Positions 47,889-58,001 of a stretch of DNA of 64,000 nucleotides are shown here, piece after piece. Within the stretch, counting starts at the first letter, position 1. Each line of letters begins with the position of its first letter. The position numbers and the translations under genes are program-made. The stretch spans positions 2,304,001 to 2,368,000 of the forward strand of contig OZ242296.1 of assembly GCA_965207735.1 (NCBI GenBank), in the 5' to 3' direction. Source of the DNA: Candidatus Versatilivorator sp. Its GTDB lineage: Bacteria; Acidobacteriota; Terriglobia; Versatilivoradales; Versatilivoraceae. The notes below the pieces were generated by a model. The model searched no databases. It was not told where the DNA came from and was given only the letters and a program-made list of their open reading frames with translations.

Positions 47889-48959
47889 ATGTCGCGCCTG
47901 CTCCAGGTCATTGCTATTGCCGCCAGCCTGCTGCTGCCAGCCTGTTCCCCGGCAGGGAACGGCAGGGTCTCCCTGGTCGTCTACTCCCCCCACGGCAAGG
48001 AATTGCTGTCCGACCACGAGCAACGATTCGAGGCCCGGTACCCTCAGGTGGACGTGAAGTGGCTCGACATGGGAAGCCAGGACGTGCTGGACCGGCTGCG
48101 CTCGGAGAAAAACAATCCGCAGGCGGACATCTGGTGGGGAGCGCCTTCCGATCTCTTTGAACAGGCCGGAGAGGAAGCGCTGCTGCTGCCCTACCGGCCC
48201 ACCTGGGCCGCAGCCGTTCCTCCCGAGGCCCGAGGCTCGGAGGACTTCTGGTACGGAACCTACAAGACCCCCGAAGTCATTGCCTATAACAGCGCCCTGC
48301 TGAAGGAGGACGAAGCCCCCGCCGACTGGGACGACCTGCTGGACCCCAAGTGGAAGGGAAAGATCATCCTCAGGGATCCCCTGGCGTCCGGAACCATGCG
48401 GACCATCTTCTGCGCCATGATCCTGAGGGAACTGGAAAAAACCGGTTCTCCGGAGCGCGGCTACCGCTGGCTGCTGGGGTTGGACGCCAACACCAAGGAC
48501 TATGTCCCCAACCTGACCATCCTGAGCCAGAAGCTCGCCCGCAGGGAGGGCTGGATCACTCTCTGGAACATGCCCGACATCGAGCTGCAGCAGTCCCGTT
48601 ACGGCTACCCGCTGGCCTATGTCCTGCCCGCCAGCGGCGTACCCGTGGTCATGGACGGCATCGCCCTGGTAGCCAGGTCCGAGCCGCGGCCGGCAGCGCG
48701 GGACTTTTACGAGTTCGTCACCTCCAAGCCGAGCCTGATCCAGGCCGCCCGCGAGTATTTCCGCATCCCCTGCCGCAACGATATCCCATCATCCGAGCTG
48801 CCCTCCTGGATCGGTCAGACCCTCATCCCGCCCATGCCCCTCGACAGGGACCTCCTGCGGAAGCATTCACGGGAGTGGATGCGCTACTGGGACGAGCACA
48901 TTCGACACCAGGGTGACGGCGCACCGGGGGTGGCCCCGGCCGGGGACTTCGGCCGCTAA
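47889..48959 (+). CDS. ABC transporter substrate-binding lipoprotein (Fe3+/thiamine/polyamine class)
   Basis: Lipobox LPAC, VYSPH, EKNNPQADIWWG and P.DWDDLLDPKWKGKI. Confidence 0.88.
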   Translation: MSRLLQVIAIAASLLLPACSPAGNGRVSLVVYSPHGKELLSDHEQRFEARYPQVDVKWLDMGSQDVLDRLRSEKNNPQADIWWGAPSDLFEQAGEEALLLPYRPTWAAAVPPEARGSEDFWYGTYKTPEVIAYNSALLKEDEAPADWDDLLDPKWKGKIILRDPLASGTMRTIFCAMILRELEKTGSPERGYRWLLGLDANTKDYVPNLTILSQKLARREGWITLWNMPDIELQQSRYGYPLAYVLPASGVPVVMDGIALVARSEPRPAARDFYEFVTSKPSLIQAAREYFRIPCRNDIPSSELPSWIGQTLIPPMPLDRDLLRKHSREWMRYWDEHIRHQGDGAPGVAPAGDFGR

Positions 48960-48993
48960 GGCAGGAAGGGGTCGGGAACCAGGAACCCCATCG

Positions 48994-50073
48994 ATGGCAC
49001 ATCTGGAACTGCAGGAATTGACCCAGCGCTTCGAGGGGCTCACCGCGCTCGACCGGCTCAGCCTGGAGGTCGCCCCCGGGGAGATCCTGACCCTGCTGGG
49101 ACCCAGCGGATGCGGCAAGACCACCACCATCCGCCTCATTGCGGGATTCCTGAAGCCCACCGCCGGCAAGATTCTGGTCAATGGCCGGGATATCGGTCCC
49201 ATCCCCCCGGAGCGGCGCAACATGGGGATGGTTTTTCAGTCCTACGCCCTCTTCCCCCACCTCAACGTCTTCGAGAACGTCGCCTTCGGACTCCGGGCGC
49301 GGGGCATTGCAGGCAAGACCGCAAGAGACAAGGTGGAACGGGCCCTCGAGCTGGTTGAACTGTCCCGGCATCGAAAGCGTCCGGTCTTCGAGCTCAGCGG
49401 CGGCGAGCAGCAGCGGGTGGCCGTGGCCCGCGCCGTGGCCATCGAGCCGCAGATCCTGCTTCTGGACGAACCGCTGAGCAACCTGGACGCCAGTCTTCGA
49501 GAGCAGACCCGGGCTCAACTCGGCCAACTCATCCGCAGCCTGGGCATCACGGCCATCTTCGTCACCCACGACCAGGAAGAAGCCTTCGCTCTCTCCGACC
49601 GCATAGCCCTTCTGTGGAAAGGGGCGCTGCAACAGGTGGGCACCTCCGACCAGCTCTATTTCCAACCGGCCAACGCGAGGGTGGCCCGTTTTGTCGGCAA
49701 ATCCAACCTGTGGGACTTGACCTTCAAAGGATACCGGGAGAACCGAGTCATCTTTTCCCTGCCTTCGGGAGACGAACTGCGGCTTCCCCGCTCCGCAACG
49801 GACGGGAAGCTGAGCCAGGGCGCTCAGGTTCGCATGCTGCTGCGGCCGGAAAACGTGATTTTCGCTCCAACCGAGGACTCCCTGGCACTGGGACCGGCTC
49901 GAGTCCTCTCCCGACGCTTCGCCGGAGCCAGCACCGAATACCTGCTGGAGGGAGCCGGGCTGCGGGTGCTGGCCAGCCGCACAAACTCACCCGCGGCCGC
50001 GGCATACCAGGTGGGGGATGAGATCGAGCTGCACTGTTCTTCCCGAGCGGTCTACTTCCTGCCGGGTGAGTGA
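48994..50073 (+). CDS. ABC transporter ATP-binding protein (FbpC/PotA class)
   Basis: GPSGCGKTT, VFQSYALFPHL, LSGGEQQR, LLLDEPLSNLD and VTHDQEEA. Confidence 0.95.
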   Translation: MAHLELQELTQRFEGLTALDRLSLEVAPGEILTLLGPSGCGKTTTIRLIAGFLKPTAGKILVNGRDIGPIPPERRNMGMVFQSYALFPHLNVFENVAFGLRARGIAGKTARDKVERALELVELSRHRKRPVFELSGGEQQRVAVARAVAIEPQILLLDEPLSNLDASLREQTRAQLGQLIRSLGITAIFVTHDQEEAFALSDRIALLWKGALQQVGTSDQLYFQPANARVARFVGKSNLWDLTFKGYRENRVIFSLPSGDELRLPRSATDGKLSQGAQVRMLLRPENVIFAPTEDSLALGPARVLSRRFAGASTEYLLEGAGLRVLASRTNSPAAAAYQVGDEIELHCSSRAVYFLPGE

Positions 50074-50189
50074 GGAATGATGAATGAGAAGTGGAGAGTG
50101 GAGCGTTTCGGGAGCAGATGGCATGGTAGGGTACGGGGGCGCTCGGCAGTTCTGGAGGGGCACTGCGTTTCGGAAGGGTGCACCGAAAT

Positions 50190-50275
50190 CGCCGCCTACG
50201 CGGCTGTGGGAGTGCACAATTCAGACCCCCATGGGCTGACGCCCACGGCTACCTGCTGCCGCGGCTACGCCGCTC
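50190..50275 (-). repeat. GTAG-type REP (family C)
   Basis: CCATGGGCTGACGCCCACGGCTACCTGCTG. Confidence 0.75.
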
Positions 50276-50418
50276 TATAGGGATGGCCCGTAGGGAACGT
50301 TTCCTAAGACGACCCTCGCCAACCGCGGCTTCACCGCTCTCCCCGAACTCTCGACACTGCAAGGGGAAACGTGCTTTTCTTATTGGGAGAATGCCCTGAA
50401 CGACAGTCCAGAGATTCC

Positions 50419-51011
50419 AGTCGAGCCGCGAACGCGGCGCCAGCAAACCCCGGTGAGCCCACGTGAAGCACAGGGCAACGCAATGGCGTTTCTCACCTGC
50501 AATAACGCATCTTGAGCCGGCCTCCCTCAGAGCCGCGTAGCGGCGCCAGCAGGTAGCCGTGGGCGTCAGCCCATGGGAAACGCGCATCGGAAACGTAACG
50601 TACGGGAGTCGAGCCGCGAACGCGGCGCCAGCAAATGCCGGTGAGCCCACGTGAAGCACGGGCAACGCAATGGCGTTTCTCACCTGCAAAAAACGCATCT
50701 TCAGCCGGCTTCCCTTAGAGCCGCGTAGCGGCGCCAGCAGGTAGCCGTGGGCGTCAGCCCATGGGAAACGCGCATGGGAAACGTAACGTATCGGAGTCGA
50801 GCCGCGAATGCGGCGCCAGCAAATGCCGGTGAGCCCAAGTGAAGCGCAGGGCAACGCAACAGCGTTTCTCACCTGCGAAAACGCATCTTCAGCCGGCTTC
50901 CCCGAGAGCCGCGTAGCGGCGCCAGCACTTAGCCGTGGGCGTCAGCCCATGGGAAACGTGCATCGGAAACGTAACCGATTGGAGTCGAGCCGCGAATGCG
51001 GCGCCAGCAGG
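50419..51011 (+). repeat. Tandem array with exact 188-bp period (3 units plus a partial), BIME-like
   Basis: AGTCGAGCCGCG at 50419, 50607, 50795 and 50983. Each unit has two GAGCCGCG..GCGGCGCCAGCA hairpins and a (G)TAGCCGTGGGCGTCAGCCCATGG REP. Confidence 0.92.
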
Positions 51012-51034
51012 GCGCACGCTTCCCAAACCCGCTA

Positions 51035-52714
51035 ATGTCCGTCACTCGAAAGTCCACGCTACTGCTGACCCTGCCCGTTTTCGGCCTGCTGTTGTGGCTG
51101 GTGCTCTATCCCAACCTGTTTGTCCTGTGGAAGAGCCTGGTCAGCGACAGTCGGTTCACGCTGGCCCACTACGCAGAATTTTTCCGCAGCGCCTCCCAGT
51201 TGGAGGCCCTGGGCAACAGCCTGCTCATCTCGTTGGGGAGCGTGCTGCTGTCGGCCCTCATCGGCATCCCGCTGGCTTTCGTCTTCCACCGCTTCGATTT
51301 TCCCGGCCGGCGGATCTTTGCCGCCCTGGCCTCGCTGCCGGTGTTGTTGCCACCCTTGGTGGGGGTGATCGCCTTCCTTTTTCTCTTTGGCGAGAGCGGC
51401 ATTCTGACCCGCACCCTCCAGATACTGCTGGGCCTGTCCGAACCACCCTTTTCCATGAGGGGCATCCCCGCCATCCTGTGGGTTCATGCCTACACCATGT
51501 ACGTCTACTTCTACCTGTTCGTCTCGGCCGCGCTCAAGCGCCTGGATGAATCGCTGCTGGAGGCCTCGCTTTCCCTGGGAGCCTCGAGAACGAGGACGTT
51601 TCTGCGGGTGACGCTGCCGGTCCTCACCCCCGCCATGGTGGGGGCGGCCTTGTTGACCTTCATGACCTCCATGGCCAGCTTCAGCGCTCCCTACATCTTC
51701 GGTGGGGGGGTAAGGGTCCTGTCGCTTCAGATCTACAATTCCAAGCTGAACGGCGACCTGGAGATGGCCCTGGTGGAAACGGTGATACTGACGCTGGTCT
51801 CCCTGCTGTTCCTGATCCTGTTGCAGCGATACGAAGCCACCGGCAAGTATCGCGCGGTGGGCAAGGGCGCCAGCCCCAGCCTGCGACCTCTCCAGGGCAG
51901 AGGACTGAGGCTGGCCATGGCGGTGCTGGGCATTTCCGCGGTCCTCTTTCTGCTGCTGCCCCATCTCACGCTGGTGTTGATCAGCTTCAGCCAGGACGGC
52001 ACCTGGACCACCGAAATCCTGCCTCCCCGATACACCGCCGCCAACTACCAGCGGCTGCTGGCCGACGACCGTTTTCTGGAACCGATTCTCAACAGCCTCA
52101 AGATGGCCACTCTGGCCACGGCGGCCAACCTGGCCTTCGCGCTGGCCGCGGGCTGGCTGCTGATTCAAAGGAAGCTCCGGGGGCGGCGGTTGCTGAGCGC
52201 CCTGACGCTGCTGCCCTGGGCCCTGCCGGGCACGGTGGTGGCCCTGAACCTGGCCACCACCTTCAGCACCTCCGACCCGCTCCAGGCCCGGGTCCTGCTG
52301 GTGGGCACCTTTTGGATCTTGCCTCTGGCCTATTTCATCCGTAATATCCCCCTGGTGGTTCGCGCCGTGCAGGCCGGCTTCGAGCAACTCGACCCCAACC
52401 TTCACTGGGCGGCCCGGTCGTTGGGAGCCTCCTGGTTCTACGGTTTGCGCCGGGTCCTGCTGCCCCTGCTGCTGCCGGCGGCAGCGGCCGGATCGATGCT
52501 GGCATTCGTGACCGCCCTGGGCGAGTTCGTCTCCTCGATCGTCATCTACACCGTGGACAGCCGGCCGATCTCGGTCGAAATCCTGGCCCAACTGAGACAG
52601 TTCAACTTCGGCAGCGCCGCCGCCTACGGTGTGCTCCTGGTCCTGATGATCGCGGCGGTCTTTCTCCTGTTCGGGCGCACCCTGGACGAACGTCACCGGC
52701 CCGCCGGACAGTAA
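51035..52714 (+). CDS. Fe3+-type ABC transporter permease (two fused TM domains)
   Basis: EAA-like loops EASLSLGAS and AARSLGAS; NSL...; about 12 TM segments. Confidence 0.92.
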   Translation: MSVTRKSTLLLTLPVFGLLLWLVLYPNLFVLWKSLVSDSRFTLAHYAEFFRSASQLEALGNSLLISLGSVLLSALIGIPLAFVFHRFDFPGRRIFAALASLPVLLPPLVGVIAFLFLFGESGILTRTLQILLGLSEPPFSMRGIPAILWVHAYTMYVYFYLFVSAALKRLDESLLEASLSLGASRTRTFLRVTLPVLTPAMVGAALLTFMTSMASFSAPYIFGGGVRVLSLQIYNSKLNGDLEMALVETVILTLVSLLFLILLQRYEATGKYRAVGKGASPSLRPLQGRGLRLAMAVLGISAVLFLLLPHLTLVLISFSQDGTWTTEILPPRYTAANYQRLLADDRFLEPILNSLKMATLATAANLAFALAAGWLLIQRKLRGRRLLSALTLLPWALPGTVVALNLATTFSTSDPLQARVLLVGTFWILPLAYFIRNIPLVVRAVQAGFEQLDPNLHWAARSLGASWFYGLRRVLLPLLLPAAAAGSMLAFVTALGEFVSSIVIYTVDSRPISVEILAQLRQFNFGSAAAYGVLLVLMIAAVFLLFGRTLDERHRPAGQ

Positions 52715-52740
52715 GCGACATTTTTCAGCGGAGCCCGATC

Positions 52741-55410
52741 ATGGCGCAAAATCTTTCCCATCCCATCCGTGCCCGCTTTCAATGGCGCCGGCTGCTTACG
52801 GTGCTCCTGGCCGGGCTTGCCCTCCTGCCCCGGGGCTACGGACAGAGCCAGGAGCTCTACCTGGACCGCGGGGCGGTGGGGCTGTCCCAGTCCCTGAAGC
52901 GGCTGCCCCTGATCTCGCGGGTCCTTTTCGTCACCGCCCATCCCGACGACGAGCCGGCCGGGCTGGTGACCTACGTCAGCCGGGGACTGGGCGCCAGGAC
53001 CGCCATCCTGAGTCTGACCCGGGGCGAGGGAGGCCAGAACCTGGTGGGCCCGGACCTGTTCGAGGCCCTGGGCCTGGTCCGGACCGGGGAGATGCTGGCG
53101 GCCAACGAGTTCTACGGCGCCGGCCAGTTCTTCAGCCGGGCCTTCGATTTCGGGTTCTCGAAGAGCGCTGAAGAGACGCTGGACAAGTGGGGGCGCCAAC
53201 GCATCCTGGAGGACCTGGTCCGCGCCATCCGTTCCTTTCGCCCGCTGGTCATCCTTTCGGTCTTCGATGGAACGCCCGCCGACGGGCACGGCCACCACCA
53301 GGCCTGCGGACTGCTGGCCCGGGAGGCCTTTGAAATTTCCGGCCATCCCGACCGCTTTCCGGAGCTCACCCGCCAGGGCCTGCCCCCCTGGAAAGCCGGC
53401 CGCCTCTACTTGAGGAACAGGGGAGAAGACCCTCCGGGAAGCTTCTCCATCGACACGGGGGCCTACGATCCCTGGCTGGGCGCCTCCTTCCGCCAGGTCG
53501 GGGCGCGAGGCTACAGCCGCCACCGCTCCCAGGGCATGGGAAGGGCCCACGCGTTTCCGGGCAGCCACCCGGTGAAGCTCCGTCTGGGCGGGACCTCGCC
53601 CTCTTCCCCTTTCTCCGGTTCTTCCGAGACCTCCTTTGAGGAAGCTCTGGAACTCGAGCTGCCCGCGTTGGCCCAACCGTGGCCCGGCGGCTCGGCGGAG
53701 CGAGGCCGCCTGGGGCAGGCGCTGCAGAGACTGGCCCGAACCATCGAAACCGCCCGGAGCCTCTTTTCCCCATCGGACCCCTCGGGCTGCATGCCGGCGC
53801 TGATCCAGGGGTTGAAGCAGTTGCGGGCGATCCGGAGGGACTGGACCGGCTCCGGGGAGGCGTCTTCTGCCTCCGAGGTTCTGGCTTTCTTCCTGAAAGA
53901 CAAGGAACGGGATTTTCTGGAGGCTTTCCAGCGCGCCAGCGGCCTCTCTCTGGGAGCCTACAGCGACCGGCTCCTGCTGACGCCGGGACAGTCTTTCCGA
54001 ATCTCCGTCAAGGTGGTCAATCGGTCCAGGGTGCCCCTCGGGCTTCAATCCCTGCAAGTCGAGAGCGCGGTCCTGCGGACCCATCCCCACCGGGATTCCC
54101 TGCCCCTGCTGAAGGCCGGCCAAGGGGTGGACCTCGAGATTGCGGCGGAAGTCCCCCCGGAAGTCGAGTCCGGCCGCCCCCAGCGGCGGCGTCCGGGAGG
54201 GGTGGAGGATTTCTACATTATCGACGACCCGGGGCTGACCCTGGCCCCGGCGGCGGCGCCGCTGGCCAAGGTGCGACTCGGCTATGTCTACGAGGAAGAA
54301 CTTCTGGAGATCGAGCAGCCGGTGGAGTACCTGGATGTGGACCGCCTCAAGGGGACCCGGCGTGTCCCCATCCACCTGGTCCCCCCGATCCGGCTGGAGG
54401 TGACGCCGCCGCTTCACCTGGTCCCCATGGCAAGGGCCGGGGACGCGCGAACCATTCAGCTCCGGATCCGCAACAACTCCCCGAACGAGCTTCAGGGGCG
54501 ATTGGAGCTGAAGCCTCCGAAGGGATGGAAGGTCGAGCCGGCCCAAGCCCCCTTCGCTTTGGCCGGGCCGGGACAGGCAGTGGGGATCCCCTTTCGGGTA
54601 TCGGCCGACTCCGGAACCCTGAGGCCCGGCAGAGCCTCCTTCCGGGCGGTAGCCAACCTGGGCGGAAAACAGGTCGATCGACAGTACCGAATGATCTCGG
54701 TTTTCGACCGCTGGAACACTCCGCTCTACTCCGCCGCCCGATCCCAGGTGGAAGTCCTGGACCTGCGGATCCCCCCCGGGCTGAGAGTCGGCTACATCAT
54801 GGGCGCCGGCGACCGGGTTTCCGAAACCCTGGCGCAGTTGGGTTTTTCGGTCACGGTACTGGGGCCCGAGGATCTGGCCGCGGGCGAACTGGGCGACTAC
54901 GATTGCATCATTGCCGGCATCCGCGCCTACCAGGTGCGCGGCGACCTGATCGAGCACAACGCCCGGCTGCTGGACTATGTGCGCGATGGAGGCGTCTTCA
55001 TGGTTCAATACAACACCCCGGATGCCTGGAACCGCCGCCAATACGCCCCCTTCCCCGCCCGGATCGTGGATCGCAGCCACCGGGTCACGGACGAGAACGC
55101 GCCGGTCGCCCTGCTGCAACCGGAGCACCGGGTCTTCCACTATCCCAACCCGATCACCCAAAACGATTTTGCCGGCTGGGTACAGGAACGGGGGCTCTAC
55201 TTCATCCAGGACAGGGACGGGCGGTTCCAAGCCCTGCTGGCCTCCCACGATCCCGGGGAGCCGCCCCTGGACGGAGGGCTGCTGGTGGCGGACTACGGCA
55301 AGGGCCACTACGTGCTCACCGCCTACTCCTGGTTCAGACAGCTCCCGGCCGGAGTGGGCGGCGCCATCCGGCTCTTCACCAACCTGGTGAGCCTGGGGGC
55401 GGATTCATGA
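52741..55410 (+). CDS. Secreted PIG-L/LmbE-family deacetylase with Ig-like (NEW3) and C-terminal GATase-like domains
   Basis: AHPDDE, TRGEGGQN, DFGFSKS.EE, HGHHQ, HRSQG, VTDE, WVQERGLYF and FRQLPAGV. Confidence 0.88.
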   Translation: MAQNLSHPIRARFQWRRLLTVLLAGLALLPRGYGQSQELYLDRGAVGLSQSLKRLPLISRVLFVTAHPDDEPAGLVTYVSRGLGARTAILSLTRGEGGQNLVGPDLFEALGLVRTGEMLAANEFYGAGQFFSRAFDFGFSKSAEETLDKWGRQRILEDLVRAIRSFRPLVILSVFDGTPADGHGHHQACGLLAREAFEISGHPDRFPELTRQGLPPWKAGRLYLRNRGEDPPGSFSIDTGAYDPWLGASFRQVGARGYSRHRSQGMGRAHAFPGSHPVKLRLGGTSPSSPFSGSSETSFEEALELELPALAQPWPGGSAERGRLGQALQRLARTIETARSLFSPSDPSGCMPALIQGLKQLRAIRRDWTGSGEASSASEVLAFFLKDKERDFLEAFQRASGLSLGAYSDRLLLTPGQSFRISVKVVNRSRVPLGLQSLQVESAVLRTHPHRDSLPLLKAGQGVDLEIAAEVPPEVESGRPQRRRPGGVEDFYIIDDPGLTLAPAAAPLAKVRLGYVYEEELLEIEQPVEYLDVDRLKGTRRVPIHLVPPIRLEVTPPLHLVPMARAGDARTIQLRIRNNSPNELQGRLELKPPKGWKVEPAQAPFALAGPGQAVGIPFRVSADSGTLRPGRASFRAVANLGGKQVDRQYRMISVFDRWNTPLYSAARSQVEVLDLRIPPGLRVGYIMGAGDRVSETLAQLGFSVTVLGPEDLAAGELGDYDCIIAGIRAYQVRGDLIEHNARLLDYVRDGGVFMVQYNTPDAWNRRQYAPFPARIVDRSHRVTDENAPVALLQPEHRVFHYPNPITQNDFAGWVQERGLYFIQDRDGRFQALLASHDPGEPPLDGGLLVADYGKGHYVLTAYSWFRQLPAGVGGAIRLFTNLVSLGADS

Positions 55411-56180
55411 AGATTGCGCTCATCGGTTATGGCAAAATGGGCAAAGCGGTCGAGCAGGCGGCCCTGGAGCGGGGCCATGAGATCGTGGCCCGGCTGGGAT
55501 CCGCCTGGGGCCGGGAGACTGCCTCCGGGAAAGAGGAGCCGGAACTCACCCACGCCCAGGTGTGCGTCGAATTCAGCCGACCGGCGGCGGCTCTGCCCAA
55601 CCTGCGGCGCATCGCCGAACTGGGCAAGCCGCTGGTGGTGGGCACCACCGGGTGGTATGGGGACCTGCCGCCGGCCAGAAGAGCGGTGGAGGAAAAGGGG
55701 ACGGCCTGCGTCTATGCCCCCAACTTCTCTCTGGGCCTCAATCTCTACCTCCAGGTGGTCGAAAGAGCCGCCCGCCTGTTCGGTTCCTTCCAGGACTACG
55801 ACGTTCTGGCCATGGAGACCCACCACCGCCAGAAGATCGACAGCCCCAGCGGAACCGCCGGCAGAATCGGCGAGATCCTGCTGGAGCAGATCCCCCGAAA
55901 GCGAAGGATCGTCACCGAGTCCCTCGATCGTCCCATCGCCCCCGATGAGCTTCACCTGCTGGCGGGCCGGGCCGGACACTTTCCGGGCACTCACTCGGTG
56001 ATCTTCGACTCCCCCGCCGACAGCGTGGAGCTGGTGCACCGTGCCCGCTCCCGCCTGGGGTTCGCCTTGGGGGCCGTGCTGGCGGCCGAATGGATCCCTG
56101 GGCGCCGGGGGTTCTACTCCTTCAGCCGGATGCTGCAGGAAATACTGGACGGCCAGGGATCAGCGGACGGAGAACCATGA
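55407..56180 (+). CDS. dapB: 4-hydroxy-tetrahydrodipicolinate reductase
   Basis: IGYGKMG, VVGTTGW, APNFSLG, ETHH.QK.DSPSGTA and GFA.GA; ATGA overlap with the upstream gene. Confidence 0.95.
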   Translation: MKIALIGYGKMGKAVEQAALERGHEIVARLGSAWGRETASGKEEPELTHAQVCVEFSRPAAALPNLRRIAELGKPLVVGTTGWYGDLPPARRAVEEKGTACVYAPNFSLGLNLYLQVVERAARLFGSFQDYDVLAMETHHRQKIDSPSGTAGRIGEILLEQIPRKRRIVTESLDRPIAPDELHLLAGRAGHFPGTHSVIFDSPADSVELVHRARSRLGFALGAVLAAEWIPGRRGFYSFSRMLQEILDGQGSADGEP

Positions 56181-57067
56181 CCCAATCCCCACAATTCCGC
56201 GGCGCCATCACCGCCCTGGTGACTCCCTTCGACCGCTCGGGCCGGATTCACCAGGACCACCTGAGAAAGATCATCGACCTGCAGGTCGCGGCCGGCGTGG
56301 ACGGCCTGGCGCCCTGCGGCACCACCGGAGAGGCTCCCACCCTGGAGCCGGCCGAGCACCTGCGGGTCTGTGAGCTGACGGTCCGATACGCGGACGGGAG
56401 AGCCAAGGTCCTCGTCGGCGGCGGAGGCAACAGCACCCGGCATGCCATCGAGCTCACCCGGGCGGCCGGGAAGATGGGCGCCGACGGTGTGCTCTCGGTG
56501 GGCCCCTACTACAACAAGCCCTCTCAAGAAGGTCATTTCCAGCACTACAAGGCCATCGCCGAATCGGCCGAGGTGCCCATCGTCATCTACAACATCCCCG
56601 GTCGCACCGGTGTGAACATGCTGCCCGAAACCCTGCTGAGGCTGGCCGAGATACCCAACATCGCCGGTGTCAAGGAGGCCTCGGGAGATCTGGACCAGAT
56701 GATGGAGATCCTCCGGAACCGACCCGCCGGCTTCAGCGTTCTCTCCGGAGACGACTCCTTCGCCATCCCGCTGATGGCCATGGGAGGAGACGGCTGCATC
56801 TCGGTAGTGGCCAACCAAGTCCCGGATCTGTTTGCCCGGATGATTCACCTGGCCCTGGAGGACGACTGGAAGCAGGCCCGGGAACAGCACTACCGCCTGT
56901 ACGAGCTCATGCAGGCCAATTTTCTGGAAACCAATCCGGTGCCGGTGAAGGCGGCCATGTCCATGATGGGATTGATCGAAGAGGTCTACCGACTGCCCCT
57001 GGTCCCCATGCAGCCCGAGAACCGGCGGCGGCTGGAAGGCGTTCTCAAGAGGATGGACCTGATTTGA
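56177..57067 (+). CDS. dapA: 4-hydroxy-tetrahydrodipicolinate synthase
   Basis: ALVTPF, GTTGE, PYYNKP, YNIPGRTG, GVKEASG, SGDD and NPVPVK. Confidence 0.96.
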   Translation: MTQSPQFRGAITALVTPFDRSGRIHQDHLRKIIDLQVAAGVDGLAPCGTTGEAPTLEPAEHLRVCELTVRYADGRAKVLVGGGGNSTRHAIELTRAAGKMGADGVLSVGPYYNKPSQEGHFQHYKAIAESAEVPIVIYNIPGRTGVNMLPETLLRLAEIPNIAGVKEASGDLDQMMEILRNRPAGFSVLSGDDSFAIPLMAMGGDGCISVVANQVPDLFARMIHLALEDDWKQAREQHYRLYELMQANFLETNPVPVKAAMSMMGLIEEVYRLPLVPMQPENRRRLEGVLKRMDLI

Positions 57068-57106
57068 AGGTTGATTGTGGATTTGTGATTGTTGATTGCT
57101 GATTGG
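57068..57106. repeat. Half family-A heptamer arm
   Basis: TTGATTGTGGATTTGTGATTGTTGATTGCTGATTG. Confidence 0.55.
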
Positions 57107-57158
57107 GAGCTCAGGCCCACTGATCTCAACGGCTGGCAGTCACCTCCCACTGGAAACC

Positions 57159-58001
57159 ATGACCCCTGCTGAACTGGAAAGACTGATCCCCCGGCATTTT
57201 GCCAGGTCGGCCCAGGAGCTGGACGCCGAATCCCGCTCTCTGTTCGAGGCTTTCATCCGGAGCCTGGACCGCGGAGACATCCGGGCGGCCGAGAAGAGAG
57301 AGGGGCGCTGGCAAGTCAACCACTGGGTGAAACAGGGCATCCTGCTGGGATTCAGGCTGGGATCGGTGGCGGATTTCTCGGTCGATGAAAACTTCCAGTA
57401 CAGCGACAAGGACACCTACCCCCTCAAGGACCTGAGGACCTCTCCCCCCGGCATTCGCCTGGTGCCCGGCGGCTCTTCGGTTCGCCGAGGCGCATACTTG
57501 GGCCCTCGGGTCACCCTGATGCCGCCGATGTATGTCAACGTGGGGGCCTGGGTGGGCGAGGGGACCATGGTCGATTCCCACGCGCTGGTGGGCTCCTGCG
57601 CCCAGATAGGCCGGCGAGTCCACCTGAGCGCCGGCAGCCAGGTCGGAGGGGTGCTGGAACCCGTGGGCGCCCTTCCGGTCATCGTCGAGGACGACGTCCT
57701 GGTCGGGGGCAACTGCGGCATCTACGAGGGAACCATCGTCGGAAGCCGCGCCGTCCTGGGGGCCGGCACCATCCTGACGGGCTCCACGCCGGTCTACGAC
57801 CTGGTGGCCGAGCGCATCTACCGCAGGTCGGCCCGGACGCCTCTCACCATTCCCGAGAATGCCGTGGTGGTTCCGGGCAGCCGTCCGACCAGGGGGGACT
57901 TTGCCACCCGGCACGGCCTGCATGTCGACTGTCCCGTCATTATCAAGTACCGCGACAGCGGAACCGACGCGGCCACGGCCCTGGAAGAGTTATTGAGATG
58001 A
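57159..58001 (+). CDS. dapD: Tetrahydrodipicolinate N-succinyltransferase
   Basis: [36 protein letters not shown] and GGVLEP. Confidence 0.95.
   Translation: MTPAELERLIPRHFARSAQELDAESRSLFEAFIRSLDRGDIRAAEKREGRWQVNHWVKQGILLGFRLGSVADFSVDENFQYSDKDTYPLKDLRTSPPGIRLVPGGSSVRRGAYLGPRVTLMPPMYVNVGAWVGEGTMVDSHALVGSCAQIGRRVHLSAGSQVGGVLEPVGALPVIVEDDVLVGGNCGIYEGTIVGSRAVLGAGTILTGSTPVYDLVAERIYRRSARTPLTIPENAVVVPGSRPTRGDFATRHGLHVDCPVIIKYRDSGTDAATALEELLR

Noticed and set aside
50419-51011. Possible CRISPR array
   Set aside because: The sequences between the hairpins are near-identical rather than unique spacers, the period is 188 bp, and no cas genes are present.
53679-56180. 833-aa ORF suggesting a DapB fusion
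   Set aside because: The upstream part is an off-frame read of the PIG-L gene. DapB starts at ATG 55407 with a normal ATGA overlap.
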